A stretch of DNA of 41,682 nt from Octopus bimaculoides (Eukaryota), in contig NC_068982.1 of assembly GCF_001194135.2 (NCBI RefSeq), positions 91,210,790-91,252,471 of the forward strand, written 5' to 3'. The notes below the pieces were generated by a model. That model ran no database searches and had not been told where the DNA came from. It saw only the letters and a list, made by a program, of their open reading frames with translations. The first letter of the stretch is position 1. Each line of letters begins with the position of its first letter. Positions 22,185 to 33,534 of this stretch are shown here, in pieces. The position numbers and the translations under genes were made by a program.

Positions 22185-22378
22185 TAAAGTAATATAAAAA
22201 TGGAAAATCCTTCAAGAATCCATAAAAATTCCCGGATCACTACCAAAATTTCATCATCTGGTCCTTGTGTCATTACCAACTTTTCCTTCAAGTTTCATCA
22301 AATACCGTTCACAACAGAGGGACAGACAGACAAACCAACGACGATGAAAACATAACCTCCTCTCTTGGCGGAGGTAAA
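22185..22378 (+). mobile_element. HINE/DINE-1-like non-autonomous Helentron-type end
   Basis: GGATCAC..CCAAAATTT..TTTCATCAAA..(GACA)n..AAAACATAACCTCC-TCTCTTGGC-GGAGGTAA: GACA microsatellite and terminal stem-loop (22355-22375). Confidence 0.55.
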
Positions 22379-22384
22379 TATCTA

Positions 22385-23162
22385 GAAATACTAAAGAGTA
22401 AATTTATTCAATAAAATGACTTCAACCACGGCCTCCAGACGATGACTTCGGAATCTCCTGCAACTCTTCTGGGCGATCTCCTTCCTTAAGTTGGTGAATG
22501 CTGCCATAATCCTTGCTTTCAGTTCATCTTTGGTGTTACAAGGAGTTTTGTTGGCCTCTCACTCAACTGCGCCCCTCACATAATAATCAAGGGGTAGCAG
22601 TCTGGGAAGTTAGGTGGCCAGATGTTGGGGGGAGGGGTCGCAGAAATTGTCTGACAGCCATGACTGGGTTCTCCTGATTATGTGGCATGGTGCAGAGTCC
22701 TGTTGCCAGACATAGAGTCTGCCAGCAGCCACCCTCTTCACCCAGGGCAGCACTACCTCATCTAGGTACTTGAAGTTGGTCTCCATGTTGAGTTTGAGGC
22801 CGTGTGGGAAGACGAATGGAGGTATAACTTCGCTATCAGTAGTGACCACTCCAAACACCATGATATTGACTGGATATTTGAATTTTATCACTCTCGGTAT
22901 ATGATCTGGGGACACGGCATGGCAACGGTTATTCTCTGTGTTCACCATCTGTTTGTGTTGGAGCTCGCGGTGCGAATGCTAAGCAGTACAGCATGTCGTT
23001 TCCAAATTTCTGACAGAGTGAAATACATCATGGGACTGTTTTTCTCACAGACGGTGCTCAGTTGACCCTACTATACCGTGTAGTCGACAAAATCAAAATC
23101 AAACGATGTGCATGCGCGAAATTAAAAATATAAAATGGCAATAATTTACCCTTCACACCCTG
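22385..23162 (-). mobile_element. maT/DD37D-type Tc1-mariner superfamily element, internally deleted
   Basis: 5' end TA|CAGGGTGTGAAGGG (TA 23163-64). The N-terminus MYFTLSEIWKRHAVLL is fused to NIMVFGVVTTDSEVIPPFVF..YVWQQDSAPCH..WPPNFPDCYPLDYYVRGAVE; terminal catalytic D in a PLD motif. Confidence 0.82.
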
Positions 23163-23167
23163 TATAC

Positions 23168-23330
23168 GCGAAGGGCTTCCACACAGTTTCCGTCAATCGA
23201 AATCACTACAACCCATTAGTAGACTTGAGACAATAGTACAAGACACTTGCCCAAAGTGTTGTGCAGTGGAACTGCACCAGAAACCACATGGATGCAATAT
23301 GAGCTTCTTAACCATACAGTCGGATTTTGT
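23168..23330 (-). mobile_element. SINE family B 5' half
   Basis: Minus strand GACTGTATGGTTAAGAAGCTC..CCATGTGGTTTC..CACTTTGGGCAAGTGTCTT..GACGGAAACTGTGTGGAAGCCC. Confidence 0.65.
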
Positions 23331-23331
23331 A

Positions 23332-23806
23332 CATTTGCCTACTTTTTCTGAAATTCCACGGACAGTGAGGCGATAATTTTCACTGAACGTGGTGTGATCG
23401 GCGCCAGTCGTTATTAAAGGTCGTTCAGGTTTGGGATCATCTTTGATGGATGTTTTTTCCAACATGAAATGCTGGTACCATTCAGGTTTTACACATTGTT
23501 AAAACTACCTCATCCCCCATCTCATAGACTTGTTGCAACGTTAAAACAGTTTCCTTAAGAGTATTTGTCTGAAACAAGTTCACAGAAGCACATTCATTTG
23601 AAAATCCTGTTCAAGCGGAGGTGAATTACTAAATATATGTTTAGTATATCACATATAGATCGCTGACTGAATGGCATAGCGTGATGTCGCGATTACTACA
23701 CTGAAAAATCAACACAAATCATACGCAGCACTGCAGTCGCGAGTGTGCAGCACTTTTTGGTTGGTGCATTATGGTAAAAGTTCGATTTACTTTTGGACAG
23801 ACCTCG
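23332..23806 (-). mobile_element. Mariner 5' fragment (different subfamily)
   Basis: TIR TA|CGAGGTCTGTCCAAAAAGTAAATCG (TA 23807-08). HTH remnant ..EWYQHFMLEKTSIKDDPKPERP..YRLTVRGISEKVG. Confidence 0.8.
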
Positions 23807-23824
23807 TATCTATGTGCGTATATA

Positions 23825-25046
23825 CGAGGGTGGGCTGAAAAGTTTATAGGCTGACTATGATGGAGTGATGCTAGAGCTGTGAAACCTTACATGCAGTAAT
23901 TTCAACACCTCTTATTAATAAATGCATTGTTTATTTCCAGGTAAACTGATATCTGACTGGTTACAGAAGACTTCAGAAGTAATTAGAAATGACTGCTCTT
24001 AAAAATGGACAAAATTTGGCATCGTGATTAATCAAGTACTTGCAGAAAAAGGCTTTAGCCACCAAGGAGATTCATGCTGACTTGGTTGTTACATTAGGGG
24101 ATGACGTTCCAGCTTCATTAAGAGTGCAAAAGTAGACAGCTGGATTTAGGAAGGAAAGGAAGAGACTTGATGATGACCCAAGGACCGGGCGTCCTGTAAC
24201 TGCTACCACCAAGGAAAACATTGATCGTGTTCACTACATACTGATGAATAACACGTTATTGACTATAAATCAAATAGACAATGCTGTTGGTATATCCCGT
24301 GAGAGAGTTGAGAATATTGTGCACAATGAACTTGTAATGACGAAGGTTTCTGCTCGGTGAGTGCCACGTCTTCTGACACCTGATCAAAAGCGCACCAGGC
24401 TGATTTCCTTGAACGTTTCTTAACCTAAGATGAGCGTTGGGTTCATCACTTTGAGAAAGAAGCAAAGAGACAATTCATGCATTGGAAATACCATTCTTCT
24501 ACTCCAAAACGCCAAAGTCGTTTCATCTGCAGGGAAGGTGATGGCCTGGGTTTGGGCGGGGAGATTCAAAAGGCATTGTGTTTGTTGATTAACTTCAAAT
24601 GGATCACATCAATGGCGAGTACTATGCCAACTTGCTGTGGTAGTTACGAAAGACTATCAAGACCAAACACCCCGGAAAACTAACGAAAGGAGTTTTGCTC
24701 CATCAGAACAATACCCCAGCACACAAGTCCTTCGTTTCAATGGCTGCTGTGCGTAAATGCAGCTTTGAACTGATTTGTCACCATCTGGCTATCATCTGTT
24801 CCTCAACATAAAAAAAAAACACTTCACTGGGAATCAGTATCGCAGTGGTTATGAAGTTTTATCTGGTGTTGATGACTTTTTTGAGCAGCAGGATGAAAGT
24901 TTCTTTATCGGTGGGGATCAAAGTACTGCAACACCGATAGAAGAAGCGTATAAACTGCAAGGGGGACTATTTTGAAAAATAAGCCTCCTTTGGTCACATT
25001 CGATGAGAGTATTTTGGTCAGCCTATAATCCTTCAGTTTACACTGG
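23825..25046 (+). mobile_element. Mariner (DD34D, irritans/Himar-like), near full length, pseudogenised; same family as 15508-16706
   Basis: TA|CGAGGGTGGGCTGAAAAGTTTATAGGCTGAC. From ATG 24005: MDKIW..IKYLQKKAL..DDDPRTGRP..ISRERVENIVHNELVMTKVSAR*VPRLLTPDQK..GVLLHQNNTPAHKS..KGDYFEK*; decayed right TIR. Confidence 0.92.
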
Positions 25047-25454
25047 TGTGTGTTTGAAGGTGTGTGTGTATTTGATTGTTTGGCTACGTGTGCCTGTATT
25101 TGTAAATGTATGAGTGTATGTTTAAGTCATATTAAATTATTATTTAAGTAAACATGATTAGAGCTCATTACGTATATATTTTATTTACGGTAATATAATT
25201 TTATACATCTCACAAATACAGTGTCATTATCTTTACGTTTAATTTATTTGTTATGGCATTAAACATTTTCCTTTCTACAAATGATCACAATCTATCCATT
25301 CTATCAAAATTATCCTTATGCATAATTTTTACTTTTAATTGTATCTTTTCTCTAATAATGCAGAACCGTAGCTATACAAGTAATTGATACTGCTTATTCT
25401 GCATAAAGAATGACTTAGCTCAATATATTTTCTGCTATAAATATTAATTATTAC

Positions 25455-25682
25455 CGATTGACGATTGTTGGCAAAATCGTTCGAGCATCAAACAAAATGC
25501 CTGAAGATTTTAGTTATGGTTCCTTACATTCGTCCTGAATTCGAATTCCGCCAAGGTCAGTTTATCCTTTCACCCTTTTGAAATCGATAAAATGAAGTAC
25601 CATCAAATACTGAGACCGATTGAATCGGTTATATCGCTCACTCTACTAAATGAATGAACTTGTGCTAATGTTAGAAATCAAT
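25455..25682 (+). mobile_element. Old SINE family A copy
   Basis: GGCAAAATCGTT..GAATTCGAATTCCGCCAAGGTC..TCGATAAAATGAAGTACC..TTAGAAATCAAT. Confidence 0.65.
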
Positions 25683-25694
25683 GTTAATGATTTT

Positions 25695-25895
25695 CAAAGT
25701 TAGTAGATGACAGAATCATTAGAGTGTACCTTTGTGGTATTTGTTCAGGATCTTTACCTTCTAAGTTCAAATCCCGTTTCATCCTAATGGTGGGGGACTA
25801 TAAATTAAAGTACCAGTCAAATATTGGTGTTGATATAATTGACTGTTCCCTTCCTTTAAATATCCGGTGGTTTTATTCCTTATTTGAAATCATTA
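25695..25895 (+). mobile_element. Old SINE family A copy (tandem to previous)
   Basis: GACAGAATCATTAG..TAAGTTCAAATCCC..TAAATTAAAGTACCAGTC..GTTGATATAATTGAC..TTTGAAATCATTATT. Confidence 0.6.
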
Positions 25896-26189
25896 TTGAG
25901 TATCACGAATAATCTAGTCTCATAATTTGATCTCTTCATAAGCGAGGGTTTCGTTGTCAACATTCAATAAATCGTGAATGGTATATGCATCAGCTATTTC
26001 CGGTTCCATACCCTATGTTAATTGTGTTGGAATGTCAAATAAATTCATTCGCTTTTATTTTTTTTTAACTTGGCATTCCATCGTCATATGTCTCAAAAGA
26101 GATAAAATTTATTCAAATTTCAAAAACGAAAAACAAAAGTTGAAGAGGAAGAATACAGCTACAAAAGCCATAAGTTACTACGATAAAAA

Positions 26190-26669
26190 TATTCTTCGTA
26201 TTACTTTGAATAACATTGAAAAGGATTTAAATTATTGAAAAAATAAAATGAATTTATCTGACAATCCCATACAAGGCTTTTGCTGATTGATACTGTTTCG
26301 TTCTTTATTTTATGTTCCTGTATTGGTCATAATTTTGTTTAAATCTCAATGAGATATGAATGTTCATCAGGACAATACCAAATGCATCAATAAATCAACA
26401 TTGATATTTTTATCACCGTTGTTACAATCATCTCTCTCGACTTGTTCGTAGATGTTTGTGGTGTTGTTTGAAAAGTTTGGCGTATCTATATCCGGATTAC
26501 AAATTCACATTCATACCAATAATGGTGCACTTAGTTTTGTGTGTAAAATCCTAAGAGACAGGTCTGAAAAATCTTGTTATCTACATTCCCTCGATGAAGC
26601 TTTTTATCTTTGCTAGAAACCAGCTCCTTCTTCAGAGGAAGAATTTAAATGATTAAATACAGAAGAGCT
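26190..26669 (+). mobile_element. Highly diverged R4/Dong-like 3' remnant, copy D
   Basis: Frameshifted ..NVHQDNTKCINK..DI..TVV..YLYPDYKFTFIPI-IGAL.. (cf. WNVPVKTSIKCKHNRPDI..LYPDYKLGFIPVIIEALG). 3'UTR block ATTCCCTCGATGAAGCT..ATCT..TAGAAACCAGCTCCTTCT aligns with 4300-4350; (TACA)n follows at 26671. Confidence 0.6.
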
Positions 26670-26686
26670 ATACATACATACATACA

Positions 26687-26718
<32 letters not shown>

Positions 26719-26719
26719 A

Positions 26720-26935
26720 TGTTTGTGCGTGTGCTTCTATCTGTATTTGCCACGTACACCCCACCGCTTGACAAGCAATACTGATTATTTATGGCCACGC
26801 AATTAAGCAGTTCGGCATAAGGGACCGATAGAATAAGTAGCAGTCTTCAAAAAGAAAAAGACTAAAACTTGTCATGGTGGTGCCCCAGCATGGCCAAAGT
26901 CCAATGACTGAAACAAGTTTAAAAAATAACAAATA
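26720..26935 (+). mobile_element. SINE family B 3' half, diverged
   Basis: CCACCGCTTGACAAGC..GCAGTTCGGCA..GACCGATAGAATAAGTA..GGTGGTGCCCCAGCATGGCC..AATGACTGAAACAAG. Confidence 0.75.
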
Positions 26936-27117
26936 AAAAAAACCCATGAGAAGCAACAAATATTTTACTTGTTCGGTTCCTTATTTTAACAGCACTTTTT
27001 GTTGGACAGCGGCTTGCAAGATGACGAGTGACGCTTTGACATAATCAGAGAAATACTTAATATTCTTTCCATATTTTCCATAATTTTGTGTGTTTGTGTG
27101 CGTGTGAGCGCACGAGC

Positions 27118-27155
<38 letters not shown>

Positions 27156-27902
27156 ATATGTCTGTATGTATGTGTTAGTTTAGAAGCATTGCTCTCACTT
27201 GACTTTTGCATGGCAGTTACATTTTTGTCACATTGATTCATTATGGCTTTTAAGTTTTGTCAGTATAACTTGAAATCATTATAATTCTATAAAACAACTC
27301 ATTTCTTTTCTTCTTCTACCCTTTTTGTAATCCTTAGTTAAATATCTAATGATAGTGATTTATGCTTATGCGATATGATTGGTTGATATGAATAGTGAAT
27401 TTTATTTATTTTTATTTATTGTACTTTATGAATTTTTAAAATTGTCACATAAATTATACAATATAGCAGAAACAAACACTTCAGCNNNNNNNNNNNNNNN
27501 NNNNNNNNNNNNNNNNNNNNNNNNNNNNNNNNNNNNNNNNNNNNNNNNNNNNNNNNNNNNNNNNNNNNNNNNNNNNNNNNNNNNNNNNNNNNNNNNNNNN
27601 NNNNNNNNNNNNNNNNNNNNNNNNNNNNNNNNNNNNNNNNNNNNNNNNNNNNNNNNNNNNNNNNNNNNNNNNNNNNNNNTCCTTGTATAGAAGTTCAAAT
27701 TTAAGTAAGAAACCACGCAATGTAAACGCCTTTCGTTAGTTCATTTATGTTTTTTTTGTTTAGATTTTTTGCTACCAACTTCGTGTGACGTGTGCGTGTG
27801 TATATGTATTATGTATGTATGTATGTATGTATGTATGTATGTATGTATGTATGTACGTACGTACATACGTCTGTATGTATGTGTTAATGTATGTATGTAT
27901 GT

Positions 27903-28064
27903 GATTATTCAGATTTATTTCAAGATTTCTTGCCAATAGAGAAAGAGTCGTTTTCTTAGCTAGATCCAAGGCTCCTTCATTGGAATTTCAACATCAACAG
28001 GTCATTTTTGCATGTATGTGTACGTGCAGATTTCTATTTTCTGTTTTATGCATGTCTTCTCATG
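27903..28064 (-). mobile_element. R4/Dong-like 3'UTR-only insertion, copy B
   Basis: Minus strand aligns with 4218-4384 and ends AAATAAAATCTGAATAATC|ACATACATAC; (TATG)n on the plus strand on both sides. Confidence 0.88.
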
Positions 28065-28482
28065 TATGTATGTATGTATGTATGTATGTATGTATGTATG
28101 CATGTATACGATGGAAGCGAACAGTAAGAATGAGTGCTCAACACTGCATTTGGTAGATAAACATATTCTTTATTTATGATTAATAATACAAGCAATGTTG
28201 CATTTTGTGATGGTCGTTACGCCAATAACAATAACACACGGAATGGTTCAATATCATTTCTTTATTGTGAGTCAGTTGGCTAAATATCTGATCAACAAGC
28301 TTATCGATTTTTTGTTTAATGCGTTGGTTAAACAATCAATCGGTTGTTTGTTAGCCAAAGTCCTTTCGTCGCTATACGCAACCTTCCCAAGAAGTTGCCT
28401 TCTCTCCTCAAGATCTGCTCTGAGTATGTTCGGGAATTGGTCCAATGTTGTGTGTATGTATGCTTGTATATGTGTATGTAGT

Positions 28483-28911
28483 GGAGGCGCAATGGCACAG
28501 TGGTTAGGGCAGCGGACTCGCGGTCATAGGATCGCGGTTTCGATTCCCAGACCGGGTGTTGTGAGTGNNNNNNNNNNATCGCGGTTTCGATTCCCAGACC
28601 GGGTGTTGTGAGTGTTTATTGAGCGAAAACATCTAAAGCTCCACGAGGCTTCGGCAGGGGATGGTCGTGAACCCTGCTGTATTCTTTCACCACAACTTTC
28701 TATCACTCTTACTTCCTGTTTCTGTTGTGCCTGTAATTCAAAGGGTCAGCCTTGTCACACTGTGTCACGCTGAATATCCCCGAAAATTACGTTAAGGGTA
28801 CACGTGCTTGTGGAGTGCTCAGCCACTTGCACGTTAATTTCACGAGCAGGCTGTTCCGTTGATCGGATCAACTGGAACCCTCGACGTCGTAAGCGACGGA
28901 GTGCCAACAAC
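28483..28911 (+). mobile_element. tRNA-derived SINE family C, complete
   Basis: Head GGAGGCGCAATGGCACAGTGGTTAGGGC (A box), GGTTTCGATTCCC (B box); tail CAAAGGG..CCTTGTCAC..CACGTTAATTTCACGAGCAGGCTGTTCCGTTGATC..GACGGAGTGC shared with 32351-32670. Confidence 0.85.
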
Positions 28912-28919
28912 ATATGTGT

Positions 28920-29960
28920 ATGTAGGTGTCTGTTTGCTTAGAAGAGGAGGTAAGGCTGAGAGTATACGAAGGGTTTGTGTATATGTATGCGCGTGTGTTT
29001 CTATGTAGTTGTGTGTGTAAACCCACGTAACTACTTGTATATGTATTTGCGTGTTTGCGTGTTTGTGTGTTTGTGAGTGTGTGTGCATTAGTCATTCGTA
29101 ACCTCTTTACGGGTTCGGCTTTTTGTCTGAGGTCAGTTCGGTCTCAGATCTTCTGAGATTCGCTTGTCAACCCGCGAAGATTAATGGGTGTAGTAACTCA
29201 TGTGGGAGGTGGAAGGGAGGAGATAACAGGGTAGGTGTATGAGTATGTATGAGTTTCAGCGTGCACGCTTGTGTGTGTTTGTCGGGGTGTGTGTACGCGA
29301 ACGAGTGTGTGGTGTGTGGTGCATGTTCGTGTGTTTGAGTCAGTTCTGCAAGTGAGCGTGTTGTTCAGATGTATGTGAATGTGTGAGTGCTTATTTATAT
29401 GAGTGCATTCCAGTATGTGTGTATGTGTGTATGTGTGCGGTGTGGCAGCTTTTTGAATGGTAAGCACCTGTGTGTGTTTGTGTTCTTGTATACATGTGTG
29501 TGCACGCACGAATGCACGTGTTCTTGTGTTTGTCCCAGTGTGCGCGTGCGCCTGTGCCTGTGCATGTCTCTGTGTGTACGTGTGTAAGCGTGGTGTGTGT
29601 TTGCGTGGTTGTGTGTGTGCGGTATGTTTTAACGTTCTTACATAGTGTGTTCTTACGTTCCTAAGTGTGTATGTTTAACCTGTGCGTTGTATGTGTGTGC
29701 GTGCGCGCGTGCAGACGTATCCGTCCATACGTATGTGTGGATGTATATGGTTGTGTATTTATTTGTATGGATTTCTTTACATTCTGCTGTCATCCTACTC
29801 CTATCTTATCTGTATCTACTTGTACCTGCCTGCCTGCCTGCATGTGCGCGCGTGCATGAATGTGCATGGATGTATACTGGTATCCTACATATTTAAATGT
29901 ATTTATTTTTATGGACTTTTATGCATTCTGCTGTCATTGTAACCCAGCCCGTTGTATACC
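28920..29960 (+). repeat. GT-rich composite repeat, copy 1 (unclassified)
   Basis: Unique core GCATTAGTCATTCGTAACCTCTTTACGGGTTCGGC..CAGATCTTCTG..TTCGCTTGTC..GCGAAGATTAATGGGTG and TATTTATTTGTATGGATT..CTGTCAT sub-repeats; inverted homologue at 31310-32105. Confidence 0.8.
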
Positions 29961-29984
29961 TAACTGTCTTGCCTATACTCAAGC

Positions 29985-30270
29985 GTATCAATGTGGTAAG
30001 AAGCTTGCTTCCCAACCACATGGTTTTCGGTTCAGTCCCGCTGGACCGACCAAAGCTTTGTGAGTGGATTTGGTCGACGGAAATTGAAAGAACTCCGTTG
30101 AGTTTGTGTGTGTTTGTGTGTTTATCCCCCACCACAGTTTGACAACCGGTGCTGGTGTGTTTATCGGTTCGGCAAAAAGTCCTTGGGTCGATTTGTTTGA
30201 CTAAAACCCTTCAAGGTGGTGCCCTAGCATGGCTGCAGTCAAGTGATTGAAAAAGTAAAAGATAAAAGAT
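29985..30270 (+). mobile_element. SINE family B, internally deleted
   Basis: GTGGTAAGAAGCTTGCTTCCCAACCACATGG..GACCAAAGC..GTGAGTGGATTTGG..TTGACAACCGGTGCTGGTGTGTTT..GGTGGTGCCCTAGCATGGCTGCAGTC. Confidence 0.85.
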
Positions 30271-30349
30271 GAAAGATACCGTCACATACAAGCACGCCCA
30301 TTCACACGGATGCACCCATGTATGCATATTGTGCGGGTGGTAACACTGG

Positions 30350-31310
30350 CGTTGTGGTTCGACTACATTCCATGTACATTTTCTATTCAGTATTAGTAAT
30401 GGGTCATTTATGAGAAGAGACTCGCGTATCTGTCGAAATGACAAGTCTCTCGGGTGTTTAGAAAAAATGTCAATGCTTATTCGGCTCAGCATGCCGCCAT
30501 GTTAATCTCTGACTTGCTAATAGAGTATTTACGACTGTCTCCTGTCATTACACTCCCGCCAGTGATCATATAGTCTCCGCTAGACTCCTAGAAGTCTACC
30601 CCAATGTATGTTGCATTCCGGTTCTTGCAATCACCCTCCATGCACCTTATGTTGTAAACCGCATTCCCTATTGTGGGAATGAGGTGAGCCGGAAGTACAG
30701 GGTCAGTGATGTCAATGGCTGAGGGGCCCTACCGGAAGGCCTGCAGTGATGGAGATCACGTGAGTGGAAGGAGGACCAGCAGAAACCTCTTTGCTTCGGG
30801 GAGGTTGTGGTGTACGGATGTGTGTGGACGTATGGTGTTGAGGGAATTAGTCGTTAGGTTCTGACTGTAGATTTGGGGGTAGCGCGCCTTCAGATGTAAC
30901 CCAGCTGGAAAGTCTACGCTGCAAGTGAACCTGAGAGGTAGGTGAATCGCAATTTGTCCCTCACACTACAATATTACACCGGTCTAAAGTTTATAGAAGT
31001 TTATAAAGGTACATGCAACACTTCCTTTCGATATTTATGGTCTTGTCGAAGGGGTACATTCACATAACTGTGATCTGATGGAACTCCCTGGTTTCTCAAC
31101 GTCTTTAATGTTGAGTTGGGTGTTCTCCAGCGTCTTCCTAAACACAAGAGCTAATTCCCCATGCGGTGTAGCCTCTACAAACATCGACCCTGGAAATTTA
31201 TATCTCATACCACGTGTTTGTTCCGTTGGTTTTATCACATATTCTCTATTCTGTTCCATTGCCTGCCCCGGTTTCTAGTGCGAGTTCCACTGGCGTCCTT
31301 ATGTTATTAT
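30350..31310 (-). mobile_element. Penelope-like element (Neptune-type) C-terminal linker + GIY-YIG endonuclease remnant
   Basis: GTRTRNRGRQWNR..TNTWYE..SMFVEATPHGELA..IKDVEKPGSSIRSQL, then GNAVYNIRCMEGDCKNRNATYIG(E)TSRSLAE..YDHWRE..RQIRESLLI..LNRKCTW (30675-30370). A non-matching ~250-bp stretch lies between the two parts. Confidence 0.75.
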
Positions 31311-32105
31311 CATAAGGTAGGGTTAGAATGACAGCAAGATGTATTAAAATCCATACAAATAAGTACACATACATACACACAAACGCACACATGCACGCGA
31401 GCGCGCATACACACACTCACACACACACAAAGACAGTAGGATAGAAGAGAACCCTTACAAATAAATATATATAGCTATAAACAATTCCAAAACATAACCA
31501 TGCTCAACCACGCGGACGCGCAGACGGGCACACACATGCACACTCTTAAACACACACCCACGCCCAGGAACGTAAGAACACACCACAAACACACACACAC
31601 ACACATACACACACACATATACACACACATACACCACGTATACACACGTACGCATATATATATATGCACAGGCAAATGTGCACGCATGCACGGACACACA
31701 CACACGTACGCAGGCACACATACACACAAAAGCACACACACACACTCACAGAACCGACTCAACCACACAAACACGCACACAACACCACACACTCGTTCGT
31801 GCACCCATACCTGAACAAACACACACAAGCGCGTACACAGATGCTCATACACACATACACCTACCCTATTCTCTCTTCCTTTCTCCCTCCCACATATATT
31901 ACTACACCCATTAATCTTCGCGAATGACAAGCGAATTCCAGAAGATCTGATACCGAACTGATTTTCAACAAAATGCCGAACCCGTAAAGAGGTCACGGAT
32001 GGCTAATGCACACACACTCAGTCGACACAGAAACATTCATACAAGTGATCACGCGGGTTTACAGACACACACCAAACACTCACGAACGCGCACGCTCATA
32101 CACAC
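31310..32105 (-). repeat. GT-rich composite repeat, copy 2 (inverted relative to copy 1)
   Basis: Reverse complement contains GCATTAGCCATCCGTGACCTCTTTACGGGTTCGGC..CAGATCTTCTGGAATTCGCTTGTCATTCGCGAAGATTAATGGGTG. Confidence 0.8.
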
Positions 32106-32106
32106 A

Positions 32107-32895
<789 letters not shown>

Positions 32896-33449
32896 TAAAT
32901 GTATTATGTTGATCCCAGTATTTATTTCAATCTGATACATATTCCTATGCTGCCTTTTTGAACTTTCGCTGACCGGAAAGGGGCAGCTACGCTAAAAATA
33001 GCTGCGGTTGCCGACAAGACAAAGGAAATACTATTGTCCCCAACTGACCAGAGTACGGGTTCAAAATCCAGCTCGGGAGACAGGGACATAGTGCTATTTG
33101 CATCCTCGGCGGCCGCATCAATATTTTATCAGTCTATTGGGTTAGATTTATTGACTGACCAGTTGGCTAAATAATCAGTTTGACTGAATACTGGTCTTGC
33201 TTTATATCTTTATAAGAAAGATAGAGACGCCGGTGGTAATGGATGCAGCTATCGAGTAAGTGTCTTCTACTGTAGCTTTGAGTCTATCCGTCTGTGCTCT
33301 ATGAGTAAGGAGTTTTATGATGGAGTTCACTTCACGTTGTGTGGTCTAAATTTGAATCTACCGTGGGGTATTTTAGTATCCTCTACCATAGCCGTAGTTT
33401 AACCAATAACTGTTGACTGGACTTTGGTAGAAGGAAACAGTGCAGAAGG

Positions 33450-33534
<85 letters not shown>

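Noticed and set aside
27465-27712. Possible host exon spanning a gap (ATATAG|CAG... TTTAA|GTAAGA)
   Set aside because: Almost all of it is N; splice-like words are common in AT-rich DNA and no partner exons were found.
28483-28560. tRNA-like sequences (also at 710, 7309, 32351 and 38440)
   Set aside because: A/B boxes are present but continue into repeated SINE bodies with no complete cloverleaf; these are SINE heads, not tRNA genes.
28530-28615. 38-bp tandem duplication in a SINE head
   Set aside because: It straddles a 10-N gap; likely a scaffolding artefact.
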